Assembly (NCBI GenBank): GCA_040384805.1
Contig: JAZKIP010000001.1
Coordinates: 51,981 to 115,980 of the forward strand
Direction of reading: 5' to 3'
Length of the DNA: 64,000 nucleotides
DNA from: Patescibacteria group bacterium
Lineage (GTDB): Bacteria > Patescibacteriota > Minisyncoccia > Phycocordibacterales > UBA9973
This document shows positions 20,159 through 29,094 of this stretch, one piece after another. Within the stretch, counting starts at the first letter, position 1. Each line of letters begins with the position of its first letter. A program made the position numbers and the translations under genes. The notes below the pieces were generated by a model. That model worked only from the letters and a program-made list of their open reading frames with translations, did not search any database and was not told the DNA's origin.

Positions 20159-20848
20159 TTATAAATTTTCCAATTCTTTCATCGTTTCGCGGATGTCATA
20201 ACTATGCATCAAAGCTGATCCGACGACGAGTCGGTTTGCCCCCGCTGCAACGAGGATGGGCGCAGTTGTTTCATTGACGCTTCCATCTATACTTATTATA
20301 AGCTCTGGATACGCATGCCGCAATGAGCGCACTTGGTCGAGTACTCTTTCGTCGAATGGCTCTCCTTGTTCTCCGATACGCTCGATTCCCATGCACTGGA
20401 CAAAGTCAACATGCGGAATGATGGACTTTGCGTTTTCGATTGGGGTCGTTGTGTTGAGAGCTATACCTATCTGGATATTTTCACGCGTATACATGTCGAT
20501 ACCTTCGAGGAATTCTCGAAACTCTTCAATAGGGCCTTCGGCTTCTAGATGAAAGACAATTCTCCGCGGGCCGAGCCGGACGAAAAATTCGAATTGCTTA
20601 TGAGCGTTTACAACCATGAGATCGAACTCGAAATCAAGGGTGTCCCAATACGGCAGACCCTCCTCTTCGTTGAGGATTCTCTCGACGCTTGCTTCGTCGT
20701 GCGGATTCATCGGCCATGAAAGAGTCGGGACGAATTTTCCGTCACAGATATCGATCTGAACCGTTCGTGCAACGGAAACAACGCGCGCTAGTTTCTCACG
20801 CATGCTCTCGTAATTTTCTTCTAAAATGGCGGGAATAACTTCGGTCAT
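20159..20848 (-). CDS. rpe: ribulose-phosphate 3-epimerase
   Basis: 229 aa TIM-barrel; ...IPAILEEN...DICDGKFVP...HVDFVQCMGI... pattern of Rpe. Confidence 0.8.
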   Translation of the reverse strand: MTEVIPAILEENYESMREKLARVVSVARTVQIDICDGKFVPTLSWPMNPHDEASVERILNEEEGLPYWDTLDFEFDLMVVNAHKQFEFFVRLGPRRIVFHLEAEGPIEEFREFLEGIDMYTRENIQIGIALNTTTPIENAKSIIPHVDFVQCMGIERIGEQGEPFDERVLDQVRSLRHAYPELIISIDGSVNETTAPILVAAGANRLVVGSALMHSYDIRETMKELENL

Positions 20849-20858
20849 ATTATAAATA

Positions 20859-21590
20859 CTAGTGAATAAGAGTAGCTATAAGGATAAAGACGGGAAGAAG
20901 TATTAAAAAGATAATTATATCAATCCAATTTCTCTTCTTTAATATATGAAATAGATATATGATGATGCCGATGTTAAAAATAATCGGCAGTATAAAAATT
21001 ATGGGAGATGTCGGCTCTGTCATACAGCACATCTCCTGTCCTCTTCTTAAATTTATTATTAGCTTTAATACAAGAATAGCCAAGATAGGGAAATAAAAAA
21101 GTATATTAAAGAAAATCAAACTCTCATATACTTTTTTCATTAATTTCTTTTCCGGTTCTAGTTTTTTAATGCGTTGTACATGGCGATCATCAGAAGAGAA
21201 CTTTGTTTCAAGAAATACCCTTACCGCGTCTTTTGCTTCCTGTTCGGTTGCAAACCGTGCGCCGAGTGAAAGAACATTGGCATCGTTGTGCTCACGGGAT
21301 ATTCGAACGATATCCAAAGAACCACCATAATATTCCGTAGCTCGAACCCCCGGAATCTTATTAGCCGCCATAGCCTCTCCTTGGCCGCTTCCTCCAATGA
21401 CGATTCCCCTGCTGTCGGGATTATTCGCGACTGCTTGAGCCGTTGGAATTATAAAGTCAGGATAATCATCCGTTTCATTGTATTGAAATGCTCCATTGTC
21501 ATATGTTGTATATCCGAGCTCGTTCAAATAATTTTTGAGTTTCTCCTTTAATTCATATCCTGCATGGTCTGTGCCAATATAGACTTTCAT
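20859..21590 (-). CDS. rpiB: ribose-5-phosphate isomerase B fused to a C-terminal ~90-aa membrane domain
   Basis: N-terminal 150 aa MKVYIGTDHAGYELK...GGSGQGEAMAANK... is RpiB/LacAB family. The reading frame continues without a stop into 2-3 predicted TM helices (AT-rich DNA). Confidence 0.75.
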   Translation of the reverse strand: MKVYIGTDHAGYELKEKLKNYLNELGYTTYDNGAFQYNETDDYPDFIIPTAQAVANNPDSRGIVIGGSGQGEAMAANKIPGVRATEYYGGSLDIVRISREHNDANVLSLGARFATEQEAKDAVRVFLETKFSSDDRHVQRIKKLEPEKKLMKKVYESLIFFNILFYFPILAILVLKLIINLRRGQEMCCMTEPTSPIIFILPIIFNIGIIIYLFHILKKRNWIDIIIFLILLPVFILIATLIH

Positions 21591-21720
21591 GTGTCAATTA
21601 TATCATTTATTGAAAACATATTATAACCCCGCTAGTGAATTTTAATATTACACTGGCTTCTTAAGCAAGTGTGCTCTCATAAGCTTTATTAAAATCTACT
21701 ACGGGGTATAATAGGCTTAT

Positions 21721-22497
21721 ATGATTGCATTTTATAAATACCACGGCGCGGGAAACGACTTTATCATGATCGACAATCGGAATTGTCTTTTCGATCCGAC
21801 TGATACTGAGCGTATAAAGCTGATGTGTCATCGTCGCTTTGGAATGGGAGCAGACGGAATATTGTTGCTTCAAGACGCTCCGGGGTACGATTTCGGCATG
21901 GTCTATATCAATTCAGACGGGAGTATCGGATCGATGTGCGGCAACGGCGGCAGATGCATCGTTCATTTTGCGCATCATGTCTTGAGCATTATAAAAGACC
22001 CGGCAAAAGTTGTATTCGAAGCTGTAGACGGAGTTCATCATGCAGAAATAAAAGACGACGAAGTCAGATTAAAAATGAGAGACATTAAGGAAATCGGAAT
22101 ACGCAACGATCTTCCCTTCATCCGTCAGGGCACGACTCCTCATAATATTTTATTAGTTGAAGACCTCAAGGAATATCCGGTTTTTGAGACAGGCCGCACG
22201 ATAAGAAAAAGCGATCCTGACGGGGTCAATGTGAACTTCGTGCAAGAAATCGATGGTGTGTTCCATGTTCGTACATATGAGCGTGGGGTCGAGGACGAGA
22301 CATGGGCCTGCGGGACGGGAGCGACATCGGTTGCCATCGCAGTTCACGATATGGGCCTTTTAAAAGAAAATATATGCCGCATTACAATGCCGGGCGGCGA
22401 TCTTACTGTTGAATTTGAAAAAATGTCGGACGGAACATATCAGAATATATGGCTCACCGGATCGGCAAAATGCGTGTTTAAAGGAGAATGGGAATAA
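21721..22497 (+). CDS. dapF: diaminopimelate epimerase
   Basis: 258 aa; N-terminal YHGAGNDF motif and second catalytic Cys region (WACGTGATS). TATAAT about 10 nt upstream. Confidence 0.85.
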   Translation: MIAFYKYHGAGNDFIMIDNRNCLFDPTDTERIKLMCHRRFGMGADGILLLQDAPGYDFGMVYINSDGSIGSMCGNGGRCIVHFAHHVLSIIKDPAKVVFEAVDGVHHAEIKDDEVRLKMRDIKEIGIRNDLPFIRQGTTPHNILLVEDLKEYPVFETGRTIRKSDPDGVNVNFVQEIDGVFHVRTYERGVEDETWACGTGATSVAIAVHDMGLLKENICRITMPGGDLTVEFEKMSDGTYQNIWLTGSAKCVFKGEWE

Positions 22498-22550
22498 TTA
22501 TTTCCTATTTTAACAAAGCTCTATGCTTCCAGAAATTTACTTTATTGTAT

Positions 22551-22582
22551 TCCCAGTCTTGATGACTCGGTCAACAAGACTA
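22551..22582. terminator. hairpin between dapF and the convergent hypothetical gene
   Basis: gtcttgatgac-tcg-gtcaacaagac, an 11-bp stem with 1 mismatch; bidirectional position. Confidence 0.45.
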
Positions 22583-22619
22583 TTGGCATACCTCCATTCA
22601 GTATTTAAATTATATTAAT

Positions 22620-23078
22620 TTAAATACTTACATTCCAGTTGAGTTCTTTTTTGATTCTCTCTTGCAAGTCTTGCTTAAACTCCTCTATAAATTTAGGCGG
22701 ATAATATCCAAGCTTATTTCCTGTATTATGTTCGACTATCTTTATAGCTTCAGGAGAACGTAGCATGTATACATTCATATAATTTGTAATTCCTGATCTT
22801 AAAATATCTTCGGTAAGTAATCCTGATTTGTAAAGTAATTTCCAGCGATAGAGAACAGATTTGTAATCTAAGTCATTCTCAATGCGTTTCATCCCTTCTT
22901 CAACTAAATGCTTAATCGTTTTTTGGTCGATATCACTTATGTGGTAAGGTTTCGGTTGAATGCCATTTTCAATAATCCAAAGACCTAATCCTGTTGGATC
23001 TCCATTGTGCGATAAGTTTTGTAGCGCATGTCGTAGTGTATCTGGGGTATTGAATTTTGGCATCTCTACTGATTCCAT
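22620..23078 (-). CDS. hypothetical protein (no recognisable family)
   Basis: 152 aa, AT-rich islet between dapF and gap; no motif recognised by eye. Confidence 0.45.
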   Translation of the reverse strand: MESVEMPKFNTPDTLRHALQNLSHNGDPTGLGLWIIENGIQPKPYHISDIDQKTIKHLVEEGMKRIENDLDYKSVLYRWKLLYKSGLLTEDILRSGITNYMNVYMLRSPEAIKIVEHNTGNKLGYYPPKFIEEFKQDLQERIKKELNWNVSI

Positions 23079-23163
23079 CTTGATTATTTTATAGTTTTTC
23101 CTGTCTTTATCACATGATCAACGAGGGTATTGGTATAGTTTAATTCATTACGATACCACGTCA

Positions 23164-23496
23164 TTATTCCTTAATACTCCAAGCACTTTCCGGTGTTTTG
23201 ACCTTTTCAATTAACTCAGAAAACTCTTTGTTAATTGAATGACCGTCTTCTAAGGAAAGCAGTTGAACTATTCTCTTTCCAGCAGTACCGGAAGTTTGAG
23301 TAATAATATCTTTAACTTGAAATCGATCACCACCATCTCTTTGGATTATGATCTGACTCCTTAACCAGTCTTCGGAATATATTTCTGCGGTTTTTTCTTC
23401 TTTCAAATTATCAATGAGTTTGCCTTTGAGTTTTGATTCCTCTTCTGGCTTCTCATTTAATTTTTTAAGAAGATTACCTTTTAGTTCGCCTTCCAT
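23164..23496 (-). CDS. hypothetical protein (Lys/Glu-rich N-terminus, small beta-rich C-terminal domain)
   Basis: 110 aa; immediately downstream of gap, upstream of the 152-aa ORF; no family recognised. Confidence 0.45.
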   Translation of the reverse strand: MEGELKGNLLKKLNEKPEEESKLKGKLIDNLKEEKTAEIYSEDWLRSQIIIQRDGGDRFQVKDIITQTSGTAGKRIVQLLSLEDGHSINKEFSELIEKVKTPESAWSIKE

Positions 23497-23497
23497 A

Positions 23498-24526
23498 TTA
23501 CTTGATTGTATTACCTGTTTTAATAACGTGTTCGACTAAAGTATGCGTGTACCCCATTTCATTGTCATACCAGCCGAGAACTTTAACGAGATTGCCGCCG
23601 ATGACACGGGTCATGGCAAGATCTGCAATCGATGCATGCGATTCGCCGAGGATATCGCTTGATACGAGGGGCTCGTTGGTAACGGCAAAAAGTTTATTCC
23701 ATTTGTCACCTGCAGCTGCTTTCGTGAGAATGTCATTGACTTCTTCGGCTGTCGTATTTCTTTTTGCGATAAAGGTGACATCGACGATCGAACCTGCGGG
23801 CACTGGTACGCGGAGGGATATTCCATCAAAGAGTCCTTCAAGATCGGGAAAAGCTTTCGTTACGGCGATAGCAGCCCCTGTAGAGCTTGGAACGATATTC
23901 TGCGCGGCTGCGCGGCCTTCGCGGAGGTCTTTCTTGCTCGGACCGTCAACGAGGGCCTGCGAGGCCGTATATCCGTGCGTCGTTGAAAGCACCGCTTTCT
24001 CGATGCCGATTGCTTCATGTAATATGCCAATCAATGGAGAGACCGCATTTGTCGTACATGATGCATTAGATGTAATATCGCATGTGCCGAATTTATCTTC
24101 GTTGACTCCAAGGAGGATTGTCTCGCCAGGAGCTGTACCTTCTCCCTCTTTGGCGGGTGCCGAGATGACGACTTTCTTCGCGCCATCATCGATATGGAAT
24201 TTTGCTTTATCGTATGAGGTAAAGAGGCCGGTCGATTCGACAACGACATCGATATTAAGATCTTTCCATGGAAGTTTCGTCGTGTCTTTCTCGGAAATAA
24301 AATGAATCTGCTTTCCATCAACCCAGATGTCCTTGCCGTCATGTTTAATATCATGCTTCCATGTGCGGTAGACTGTGTCGTATTTAAGGAGATATGTAAG
24401 GCTGTCGAGTGACCCTAAGTCATTAACCGCGACGATCTCGATCTCAGGACGCTCCCATGCGATCTTTACGAACGCCCGGCCGATACGCCCAAACCCATTC
24501 ACTGCAACCCTGATTTTCTTTTCCAT
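23498..24526 (-). CDS. gap: glyceraldehyde-3-phosphate dehydrogenase
   Basis: MEKKIRVAVNGFGRIGR NAD-binding start; catalytic ...SNASCTTN... Start trimmed: the ORF-track N-terminal 45 aa are probably leader. Confidence 0.9.
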   Translation of the reverse strand: MEKKIRVAVNGFGRIGRAFVKIAWERPEIEIVAVNDLGSLDSLTYLLKYDTVYRTWKHDIKHDGKDIWVDGKQIHFISEKDTTKLPWKDLNIDVVVESTGLFTSYDKAKFHIDDGAKKVVISAPAKEGEGTAPGETILLGVNEDKFGTCDITSNASCTTNAVSPLIGILHEAIGIEKAVLSTTHGYTASQALVDGPSKKDLREGRAAAQNIVPSSTGAAIAVTKAFPDLEGLFDGISLRVPVPAGSIVDVTFIAKRNTTAEEVNDILTKAAAGDKWNKLFAVTNEPLVSSDILGESHASIADLAMTRVIGGNLVKVLGWYDNEMGYTHTLVEHVIKTGNTIK

Positions 24527-24718
24527 AATTGATGAAAGTATAATAAATAGTATAGGTATATTATAGCAGTTTGACCCTGAGAATAAAAGAAAAGCCCCAC
24601 TGTAGAAACAGCAGAGCGTAGCCCTCCCCTTACGGGATAAAATTGCTGGGCATATGAACATTTTGTCTCCTTGTAAATAACAAGGAAAAGAAGTTAGTGC
24701 TTAATATGAGTATAGCAT

Positions 24719-24949
24719 TTATCCCAAGTAAGTAAACCGTGGGCCTCTATAATCTTCCCTCTCTACATTCTCAAGGAACATATCAAGCGGTCGAGCCCAT
24801 ACTCTCCATCCATTGCTATTAAGATCCGTTTGTCTTTCATATACAACCATCCACTCCTCCGTTTCAGTATTCTTGGCAAGGGTAATAATCTTGTATGTAT
24901 CTCCTTTGAAATGCTTATATATCTGTCCCGGCTTAATATTATGTTCCAT
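24719..24949 (-). CDS. DUF1653-family small protein
   Basis: 76 aa; PGQIYKHFKGDTYKII...WMVVYE...GWRVWARP pattern recalled as characteristic of DUF1653. Confidence 0.55.
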   Translation of the reverse strand: MEHNIKPGQIYKHFKGDTYKIITLAKNTETEEWMVVYERQTDLNSNGWRVWARPLDMFLENVEREDYRGPRFTYLG

Positions 24950-24952
24950 GAT

Positions 24953-26443
24953 TTAAGAAATCAATTCTTTTAATAATTTAAGGACAGTCTGGGGATTTGC
25001 CGATCCATTGGTGTCCTTCATTATTTTCCCTACGAGTGACATGAGAGCATTTTCTTTGCCGCTTTTGTATGTTGCAACGACGGCAGGATTGGCGTCAATT
25101 ACTTTCTGCACGATTTCTGTGAGCGCTCCCTCGTCATTCTTTTGTAGGAGGTCTTTGTCTGTTGCGATTTTCCGGGGAGATATGTCCTCGTGAACGATCA
25201 TGGCAAGGATATCTTTTGCCGCGCGCGATGATATTTCACCGCCCGTTGCCATCATAATTAATTCGGCAAAGTTCTCCGCGCGTGGCATAGAAATATTCGG
25301 ATTATTCTTTTTAAGGCCCAGATAATCCGATGTAATATAGTTGGACGCGGTTTTGACCTTGTCGTTGTCTTTTAAGATTTCCGCAATATTTTCAAACCAG
25401 GCGCCGAGTTCGCGATCAACGATATATGTTTCCACGTCTTCGTCTTTGATTCCATAATCTGTCTTGTAGCGGTCGCGCTTTACTTGCGGAAGCTCCGGAA
25501 TGCTGCTGCGAAGTTTTTCAATATCAAACGCTTTCGATAGATACAGTTTCGGCAGATCAGGATCAGGGAAATAGCGGTAATCGTTGGCATTTTCTTTTGA
25601 CCGTTGAGAGAATGTGGATTGCTTGGCCTCATCCCAGCCGCGCGTTTCTTGTACGATCTCCGTACCGCGACCTCCATCCAAAAGATCGATCATGCGCTTT
25701 GTTTCGTATTCTGCGGCTCTTTCAACAGAGCGGAATGAATTGATGTTTTTAACTTCGACTTTCGTGCCAAGCGTATCAGGATCGGAAGATATGGAAATAT
25801 TGAGCTCAACTCTCATTTGTCCTTTGTCCATATTTGCTTCGGATACGCCAAGATATCGCAAAAGAAGCTGAAGTTCGCGGCCGAAATCCCCCGCTTCTTT
25901 CGCACTGTGGATGACCGGCTCGGTGACAAGTTCCATAAGAGGGACTCCTGCACGGTTGAAATCGACAAGGGAGTAACCTGCCTGTCCGGCAGGCAGGTTC
26001 CCCTTGTCGTGCTTACTGTTCGCCGTGTCTTCTTCAAGATGAATGCGGGTGATGGCGATGCCATTGAGCATGCCGCCCGAGACAATCGGATATTTATATT
26101 GGGAGATTTGATATGCTTTGGGAATATCAGGATAGAAATAATTCTTGCGGTCGAACTCGGTAAAGTCTGCGATGGTCGCTCCTAGAGCAAGACCTACCGT
26201 GATGACATTCTCGACAGCCTTCTTGTTGATGACAGGAAGGGTGCCGGGATGAGCCATGCAGACGGGGCAGATATTGATGTTAGGCTTCTCTTCGTCAGGA
26301 TTGTTCGCGCAACCGCAGAACATCTTAGATTTGGTATTGAGTTCGGCGTGAATTTCAAGGCCGATGGTTGTATGGTATCGATTCTCCATGTATTGATGAT
26401 TATAAGGCTCAATCGTCGAATTTCCAAATCTGCGAATATGCAT
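24953..26443 (-). CDS. gatB: Asp-tRNA(Asn)/Glu-tRNA(Gln) amidotransferase subunit B
   Basis: 496 aa; ...IGLEIHAELNTKSKMFCGC... and C-terminal GatB/YqeY domain. Confidence 0.9.
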   Translation of the reverse strand: MHIRRFGNSTIEPYNHQYMENRYHTTIGLEIHAELNTKSKMFCGCANNPDEEKPNINICPVCMAHPGTLPVINKKAVENVITVGLALGATIADFTEFDRKNYFYPDIPKAYQISQYKYPIVSGGMLNGIAITRIHLEEDTANSKHDKGNLPAGQAGYSLVDFNRAGVPLMELVTEPVIHSAKEAGDFGRELQLLLRYLGVSEANMDKGQMRVELNISISSDPDTLGTKVEVKNINSFRSVERAAEYETKRMIDLLDGGRGTEIVQETRGWDEAKQSTFSQRSKENANDYRYFPDPDLPKLYLSKAFDIEKLRSSIPELPQVKRDRYKTDYGIKDEDVETYIVDRELGAWFENIAEILKDNDKVKTASNYITSDYLGLKKNNPNISMPRAENFAELIMMATGGEISSRAAKDILAMIVHEDISPRKIATDKDLLQKNDEGALTEIVQKVIDANPAVVATYKSGKENALMSLVGKIMKDTNGSANPQTVLKLLKELIS

Positions 26444-27269
26444 GGATCAGCCGTAGAGGATTGATTGTTTTGATATATGCATATACTCTATCGCGGAAAT
26501 CGTCGTATACATCTGCAGCGGTTTTCCCTTCAATAATTATGTGTTCCCCTTCCCGACGGGTAAAATATTTCTCTGGCATTTCTTCCCCTAGTCTTGCGGA
26601 TTTAAATGAAAATGATATTGAAAAAGGCGACGGAGTGGAAAGGGGAAGAACGGTCTTATGGATCGCTTTCTCTGCCGCGATCTCGATCTTTTTATATATA
26701 TCTTCCGGTCGAGGCGTTTCTTTTTCGTTTTTCGTTTCTATGCATATTGTTTGCATGTCCAATGACCGTATTTCAGAAACCGCAAAATTGTCTCCTGTCA
26801 TAAGAGTTATCGGTATGTTCATGCTCCCGGCAACATATGCCCATAAAGATGCCTCCCCGATAGATTTACCCTTTATCTTTAATGTTTTTATTGTATATCG
26901 CATGCTATGAGCGATTGGAACTGATATCTCCGCTTTCGCATGAAAACCGATAAGAAAAACTTTTTCGATCGTTCCGGATTTCAAAAAATCAGTTTCGCCT
27001 TTTTGGATAACGGTGACGCCTTCTGGCATTTCTTTCTGGGAAAAATTATGATGAGTCGAGTGCCAATCAAGAACGACGATCTCTTCCGGTTTTAGTCCGG
27101 CTCGGACCGCGCCTCGAATAGACGCTTTTATTTCTTTTATGAGAAGCCGACGCTTGAAAAAATAAAGAGGATGACCGGGAACTGTTGCCCAAAATTGATT
27201 CATTGGGATTCCGGCGATCCCTTCCATATCGGAGACGATGAGTAGTTTTTTCATGGTTATATGGAACAA
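26409..27269 (-). CDS. M55-family D-aminopeptidase (DppA-like)
   Basis: 286 aa; N-terminal LIVSDMEGIAGI resembles the DppA start (ISADMEGI.G); size fits. Confidence 0.55.
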   Translation of the reverse strand: MFHITMKKLLIVSDMEGIAGIPMNQFWATVPGHPLYFFKRRLLIKEIKASIRGAVRAGLKPEEIVVLDWHSTHHNFSQKEMPEGVTVIQKGETDFLKSGTIEKVFLIGFHAKAEISVPIAHSMRYTIKTLKIKGKSIGEASLWAYVAGSMNIPITLMTGDNFAVSEIRSLDMQTICIETKNEKETPRPEDIYKKIEIAAEKAIHKTVLPLSTPSPFSISFSFKSARLGEEMPEKYFTRREGEHIIIEGKTAADVYDDFRDRVYAYIKTINPLRLIHAYSQIWKFDD

Positions 27270-27468
27270 AGTATAGCAGATATATTATTGCAGATAAAGC
27301 CGAATAAGAGCCGGTTTTATTGTTATTCATAAAAAATAAGATTTATACGCTGCAGAAGATAAAATATGATTTCGCGTATTTGGTCACACATAATCCCTCG
27401 CCGTCGCATCGGGATTTGCGCGACCCCGCCTCGCGATGCCCCCGTGCTCGCGGCATATCGCTCCGGCT

Positions 27469-27523
27469 CACAAAAGCGCAAAAGAGTACCGCAGGGTACT
27501 CTTTGTGAAATGCGCGCTTTTGT
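27469..27523. terminator. compound hairpin immediately 3' of tRNA-Leu (candidate terminator)
   Basis: Outer stem cacaaaagcgc/gcgcttttgtg (11 bp) enclosing inner stem aaagagtacc-gcag-ggtactcttt (10 bp). Confidence 0.45.
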
Positions 27524-27604
27524 GCCCGAGGTGGGGGTCGAACCCACATCCCTTGCGAGACACGATTTTAAGTCGTGCGCGTATACCAGTTCCGCCACTC
27601 GGGC
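27523..27604 (-). tRNA. tRNA-Leu (anticodon TAA), long variable arm
   Basis: Minus strand GCCCGAG-TGGCGGAACTGGTA...CACGA-CTTAAAA-TCGTG, variable arm TCTCGCAAGGGATGT, T-arm GGGTTCGACCCCC, CTCGGGC-A. The overlapping ORFs in the track are spurious. Confidence 0.85.
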
Positions 27605-27766
27605 AATATAATATTGATTTTTCCTTTCACTGAAAACTTAATGCATATAGATAATTACATATTTTTAGTGATTTTACAATGATATTATAAGGCTCGTTTC
27701 GTACAAGGTCTTGCCTTGTATTGGAGAGGAATCTCCAAGGCCAAGCATATTATACACTTAATCCCG

Positions 27767-29074
27767 TTAATCCCGTGGTGTATCGTTCTTGAGCTGTGTT
27801 GAAGTTATCTTTGGCAGATAAAGCATCGGATCAAGGTAGGATGTTTTGGCGGCGATCGGCATGATGAAATTTTTTCCGCTGCAGGAAAGACTCGGAACAG
27901 TGTCTACTTTGGCGCCATCGGATGCGTATATGGCGACATGCAAATGCGGTCCGGTCGAATGACCCGTATTGCCCGAAAGGGCGACTGTATCCCCTGCCTT
28001 TACTTTCTGGCCTGCCGCGGATGATATGACCGACAGATGTCCGAAGGTGCTTGAAAGGCCGTTGTCGTATTTTATGAAAACCCACTTGCCGAATGATGCG
28101 CCTTTGCAGAAAATATCCGTGTCTCCCGTACCCATAACCGTACCCGACCCCATCGCTTTGACAGGTGTGCCAACGGATGCCCGGAAGTCCACTCCGCTAT
28201 GCGATCCCGAAACATACAAACGCTTTGCTGCGACAGTCTTTCCGAAGAGTTGGGTGACGAATACATTATCAAGAGGCCACGATAAGGCGCTTGATCCTTC
28301 TTTTGGCAAGGATTTTGGATTGAGGATGAACTGAAGATCAGCTTCATACTTTTCAAGGGCCTTTTCGAACTCATCGCGCTTTTTTTGCCTCTCTGCCAAA
28401 AGCTTTTTATATGCCGCTTCCTGGTTTTTTGTTTGACTTAAGAGCGTATCTTTTTCTTTTTTTGCAACCTCGATTGCCATTTGCTTCTCTGTTAAGTTGT
28501 TCTTGAGAGTCGTAAGAGCTTCCTGTTCGCCGACTTTCTTTTCTTTTGTCTGGTCGAGCTCCTGTATATCGCCGTTTAACTGACCGATGCGTTCCCGGAG
28601 ATTCTCGTTAACCGATACCATACTATTATATTCTCGGCTTGCTTCAGCTATATTTTCCTGCGAGAAGAGCCGCTCCACGAGAACAATACCGTCGCGCCTG
28701 TAAAGCTCGTTGAGCATTGCGCTTATAGACTGCTTTGCCCGGTTGATATTTTCTTCTTTTGTGTGTATATCGCTATCGAGCGCGCCGATAATAAATCCAG
28801 TCGCGGTGATCTTCTTCTGTGTTTGTTCTTTTTCCTTCAGAAGCTTGGAGCGCGTCAGTGTCAGCTCCTTGATCAGGTTTGAAAGAGTATTTGATTGCTG
28901 ATTCGTTTCAGAAATCTGGTCCTGATATTGCTTGATTTCCCTGTCGAGGGCTTGAATCTGAGCATTCGTATTTTCTATCTGTTTTTGTATACCAGTAATA
29001 CTCTCGGAGAATACATGTCCCGATACGAAAAAGAGGCCTATGAATATGAGTGAAAAGGATAGATATTTCTTCAT
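27767..29074 (-). CDS. M23-family metallopeptidase with N-terminal coiled coil (EnvC/NlpD-like murein hydrolase activator/peptidase)
   Basis: 435 aa; signal peptide; ~250 aa coiled coil; C-terminal M23 motifs ...HSGVDF... and NTGHSTGPHLHVAIY. Confidence 0.85.
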   Translation of the reverse strand: MKKYLSFSLIFIGLFFVSGHVFSESITGIQKQIENTNAQIQALDREIKQYQDQISETNQQSNTLSNLIKELTLTRSKLLKEKEQTQKKITATGFIIGALDSDIHTKEENINRAKQSISAMLNELYRRDGIVLVERLFSQENIAEASREYNSMVSVNENLRERIGQLNGDIQELDQTKEKKVGEQEALTTLKNNLTEKQMAIEVAKKEKDTLLSQTKNQEAAYKKLLAERQKKRDEFEKALEKYEADLQFILNPKSLPKEGSSALSWPLDNVFVTQLFGKTVAAKRLYVSGSHSGVDFRASVGTPVKAMGSGTVMGTGDTDIFCKGASFGKWVFIKYDNGLSSTFGHLSVISSAAGQKVKAGDTVALSGNTGHSTGPHLHVAIYASDGAKVDTVPSLSCSGKNFIMPIAAKTSYLDPMLYLPKITSTQLKNDTPRD

Positions 29075-29094
29075 TACCTCCCTAGTATACTATA

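Noticed and set aside
23502-24305. 267-aa + strand ORF
   Set aside because: Antisense to gap (GAPDH); Ala/Ser/Arg-rich low-complexity translation; shadow ORF.
24527-24718. ORF-track N-terminal extension of gap (45 aa) and possible structured 5' UTR
   Set aside because: The extension precedes the canonical MEKKIRVAVNGFGRIGR start and is Cys/Phe-rich nonsense, so it was trimmed. A small hairpin (ccttgt-aaata-acaagg) is probably the DUF1653 gene terminator; no ncRNA claim made.
27323-27633. Several 65-91-aa ORFs on both strands
   Set aside because: They overlap the tRNA-Leu(TAA) gene and its GC-rich flanking structure; the translations are Arg/Pro-rich nonsense typical of GC-rich non-coding DNA.
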